Assembly (NCBI RefSeq): GCF_009914755.1 | Contig: NC_060927.1 | From: the human T2T-CHM13v2.0 reference genome, Homo sapiens | Strand: one strand, 5' to 3' | Length of the DNA stretch: 64,000 bases | In this document: positions 61,668-64,000 of the stretch, piece by piece | How positions within the stretch are numbered: position 1 is the stretch's first letter | How the letters are laid out: every line of letters begins with the position of its first letter | Program-made: the position numbers and the translations under genes | The notes under the pieces: model-generated | Databases searched by the model: none | The model's input: the letters and a program-made list of their open reading frames with translations, nothing else | Told to the model about the DNA's origin: nothing

Positions 61668-62789
61668 CTGAGGGGCACGGGGGTATCAGGGCCAAGGCCC
61701 CCTCTGTATTCCAGCCCCCACACTTTGGGCCAAACACCTTCACGCCCCCGTCCCCCAACCCCTCCAACAGTCTCCTTTTGGATCCTGGTGTCAACACTCT
61801 CCTCTCCAGGGTGTCTCCACGGACCCTAAGCTCGTGTTCATTAAACACCACCAGCTGTGGGTGGGTGCATTCATTGCATCATCCCGGCAACCCTTCCGGA
61901 TACGGAGTATCATTCTTACTGTGCAGCCAACAGTGCCGAGGCTCAGAGAGGGCAAGTGACCTGCCCAAGATCACCCAGCTGGGAAGCGGCAGGGCAGGAA
62001 TCGGACCTGGCTCGGCTGACTCCCAAGCCTGTGACTTTCTACTAAGTGGGGGGCCCCCAAGTGTGAGTTTAGGTGGACCCGAAACACCGATGTGGCCTCG
62101 ACCCCACTTGCAGGCTGATGACTATGGAGTCTCAGGAGGAATGGGGCTCAATGTCCCTGCTCTTGCCCATCTCCAAGGGTGGCCCTCCAGGCAGTGGCTC
62201 TGCTGGACCCACAGCCATGAGCTGATTCTCAAGGCCATTGCCCAGCAAGGGACCCAGGTGTTCCACTGGGATAGTTTTACTTAACTATCCACAAAAATTG
62301 ATTTAAAGAAAAATTAAGTACATAATAGTATTAGGCAGATTTGGCAAAGATTACGAAGGCAGCCTGCCAGCCCAAGTCCTGGTCCAATTCTCCAGGTCTG
62401 GGGCGTGGGAGGCACTGATTCCCTGCTTCCTAGAGGAGGAAACAGGCTCATAGGGGAAGGCCTGGCTGAGGCCACAGAAAGAAGCCAGGGGAGTGAGGTC
62501 CAGGGTCCACAGTGGCCCTTGTGGTTCCTGATGGCCCACAGTGAGGCAGCCCGCAGAAGGTGGAGGCACCCCAATGGCCCCTCCCAGGCCCTGCCTCTGC
62601 TCCACCCCACTACCCCCTTCCCCCAGGAGGAGCCGTGGGGCTCCCCCAGGCTACTTGGCCCTCAAGCCCCAGGCTCAGGGGCAGAGGCCCCATTTGACAG
62701 AAGGAAACCAAGGCCCACAGAGGGCAATGAGTAGCCCAGAGTCACACAGCTGGGCTGTGCCAAAGATTGGACTCAAGCCCAGGACATCT

Positions 62790-62915
62790 TGGCTGGGTGC
62801 AGTGGCTCACCCCTGTAATCCCAGCACTTTGGGAGGCCAAAGCGGGAGGATTGCTTGAGCTCAGGAGTTTGGGACCAGCCTGTGCAACAAAGCAAGACCC
62901 CCATCTCTTCAAAAA
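62790..62915 (+). mobile_element. Alu left monomer (FLAM-like)
   Basis: single arm with A-rich end. Confidence 0.8.
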
Positions 62916-63766
62916 TTAATAACAAAAAACAGAACATCCGAGGCCCCGGTTCTGGGCTCCAGGCAGGCCTTTGCCTTTCTCCCACAATCCTCCAGGCAGC
63001 CCTCTAGCCTCTGCCACCATAGGGCAGCTGGACAGTGGGACAGGACAAGAGGCTAAGCAACCCTTGCTCTGCGAAGAGAGCTTATGGGGGTCCTTCTGGC
63101 AGAGTGCAGGAGGCCCTGGTTACCGGGCCCACCCTCTTCCCAGCCTCCGCTCTCATCCAGAAGATTCTTTGGCCTTCCTTCTATTCCTTCCACGAACATC
63201 CCCTCCTCCCGGCCTCTGCCCTTGTGCTGTACCCGATGCCTGGAGCACCCTCCCCACCACTCCTCGCCTGGCTCACTCTCTTAGGTCTCAGCACAGGGTT
63301 GCCTGCTCCAGGAAGCCACCTTGAAGCCTTCAGACAGAGGGAGGCCTCATGAGCTGAGCTCTGCTGCGAGGCACTGGCCACCCTGTATTTTGTTTCCACG
63401 TCTCGCCTAGCCTAGGGCTGGGAGAGCCTCAAGGGCCAGCCAGGGGCTGATTTCATCTCCTGAATCCAGAGCAGGGAAGGGTGGATGACTGAGAAAACCA
63501 CAGATGGGACAAGGCCCCTGACACAACCTCTGTTATGCCCCAAGCATCCGTTGAGCCCTTGCAGCAAGCCAGCCAGGCTTCCCCGGGGCCATGGCTCCCC
63601 TCTCTGCATAACAGGTCCTACGGGCCTGGCCTGTCTCATGCAACACTCCCTCCTGGCAGAGCTGGCCTGAGGGTGCCAGGGAAGGCCTGGGAGGCCGTGG
63701 GGTCACTGCCGCTGAGTCCCTGCCACGTCCCCCGCCTGGGCTCTGTCTGTCCCCAGGCAGCCTCAC

Positions 63767-63965
63767 CCGCAGACAGCTGTACATGCAGATGGACATCCAG
63801 TTGGTGAGCATCTTCTCCACCACAGACTCTGTGCGCCGCAGCATGAGCTTGGGGTTCTTGGCGGCCGAGGCGTCAATGAGGTCCACCAGCAGCTCCTTCA
63901 TGATGCTGGTGTAGTACTCCAGCTTGCCGTGCAGCGCGATGGTCAGCAGCGAGGCCAGGCTGCAC
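63767..63965 (-). CDS. PLXND1: PLXND1 exon ([19 protein letters not shown]...MYSCLR)
   Basis: cag|G ... CGG|gtgagg; contains [13 protein letters not shown]. Confidence 0.96.
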
Positions 63966-64000
63966 CTGTGAGCGGGAGGCAGGTGTCAACTGCACCTTTA

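Larger units (their letters stand above)
53640..64000 (-). other. PLXND1: 3' part of PLXND1 (plexin D1 cytoplasmic GAP/RBD region); continues beyond the window
   Basis: 12 in-frame exons with plexin motifs [15 protein letters not shown] and NSLPLRFW, C-terminal SEA PDZ ligand. Confidence 0.97.

Overview
Primate genomic DNA, almost certainly human chr3q22.1; gene identity is recognised from the encoded proteins. Four intron-containing genes, each checked for splice signals and frame continuity. (1) The last 11 coding exons of IFT122 (+, stop 18707). (2) Complete RHO (+, 5 exons, 1047 nt, 348 aa) with its rod promoter and upstream enhancers. (3) Complete oocyte linker histone H1-8/H1FOO (+, 5 exons, 1041 nt, 346 aa). 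(4) The last 12 coding exons of PLXND1 (-, stop 54739). Repeats include many Alus, MaLR/L1/MIR remnants, an Hsmar1 mariner lacking one ITR and a piggyBac MER85 MITE. I see no convincing new gene or novel multi-gene system; most long ORFs in the track are repeat artefacts or exon read-through. Best leads: two U12 minor-spliceosome introns in IFT122; a 1.3-kb compound CA VNTR that is a dense TGCACAC (ZSCAN4/MTF1-type) array; the MER85 (CSB-PGBD3 site) between RHO and H1-8; a 216-nt AG-exclusion zone before a 35-nt PLXND1 micro-exon; a candidate Alu micro-exon in H1-8; a candidate intronic terminal exon in IFT122; a local 320-bp duplication upstream of RHO; and an apparently non-reference RHO haplotype. 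Comparisons to reference or consensus sequences are from memory and need alignment.
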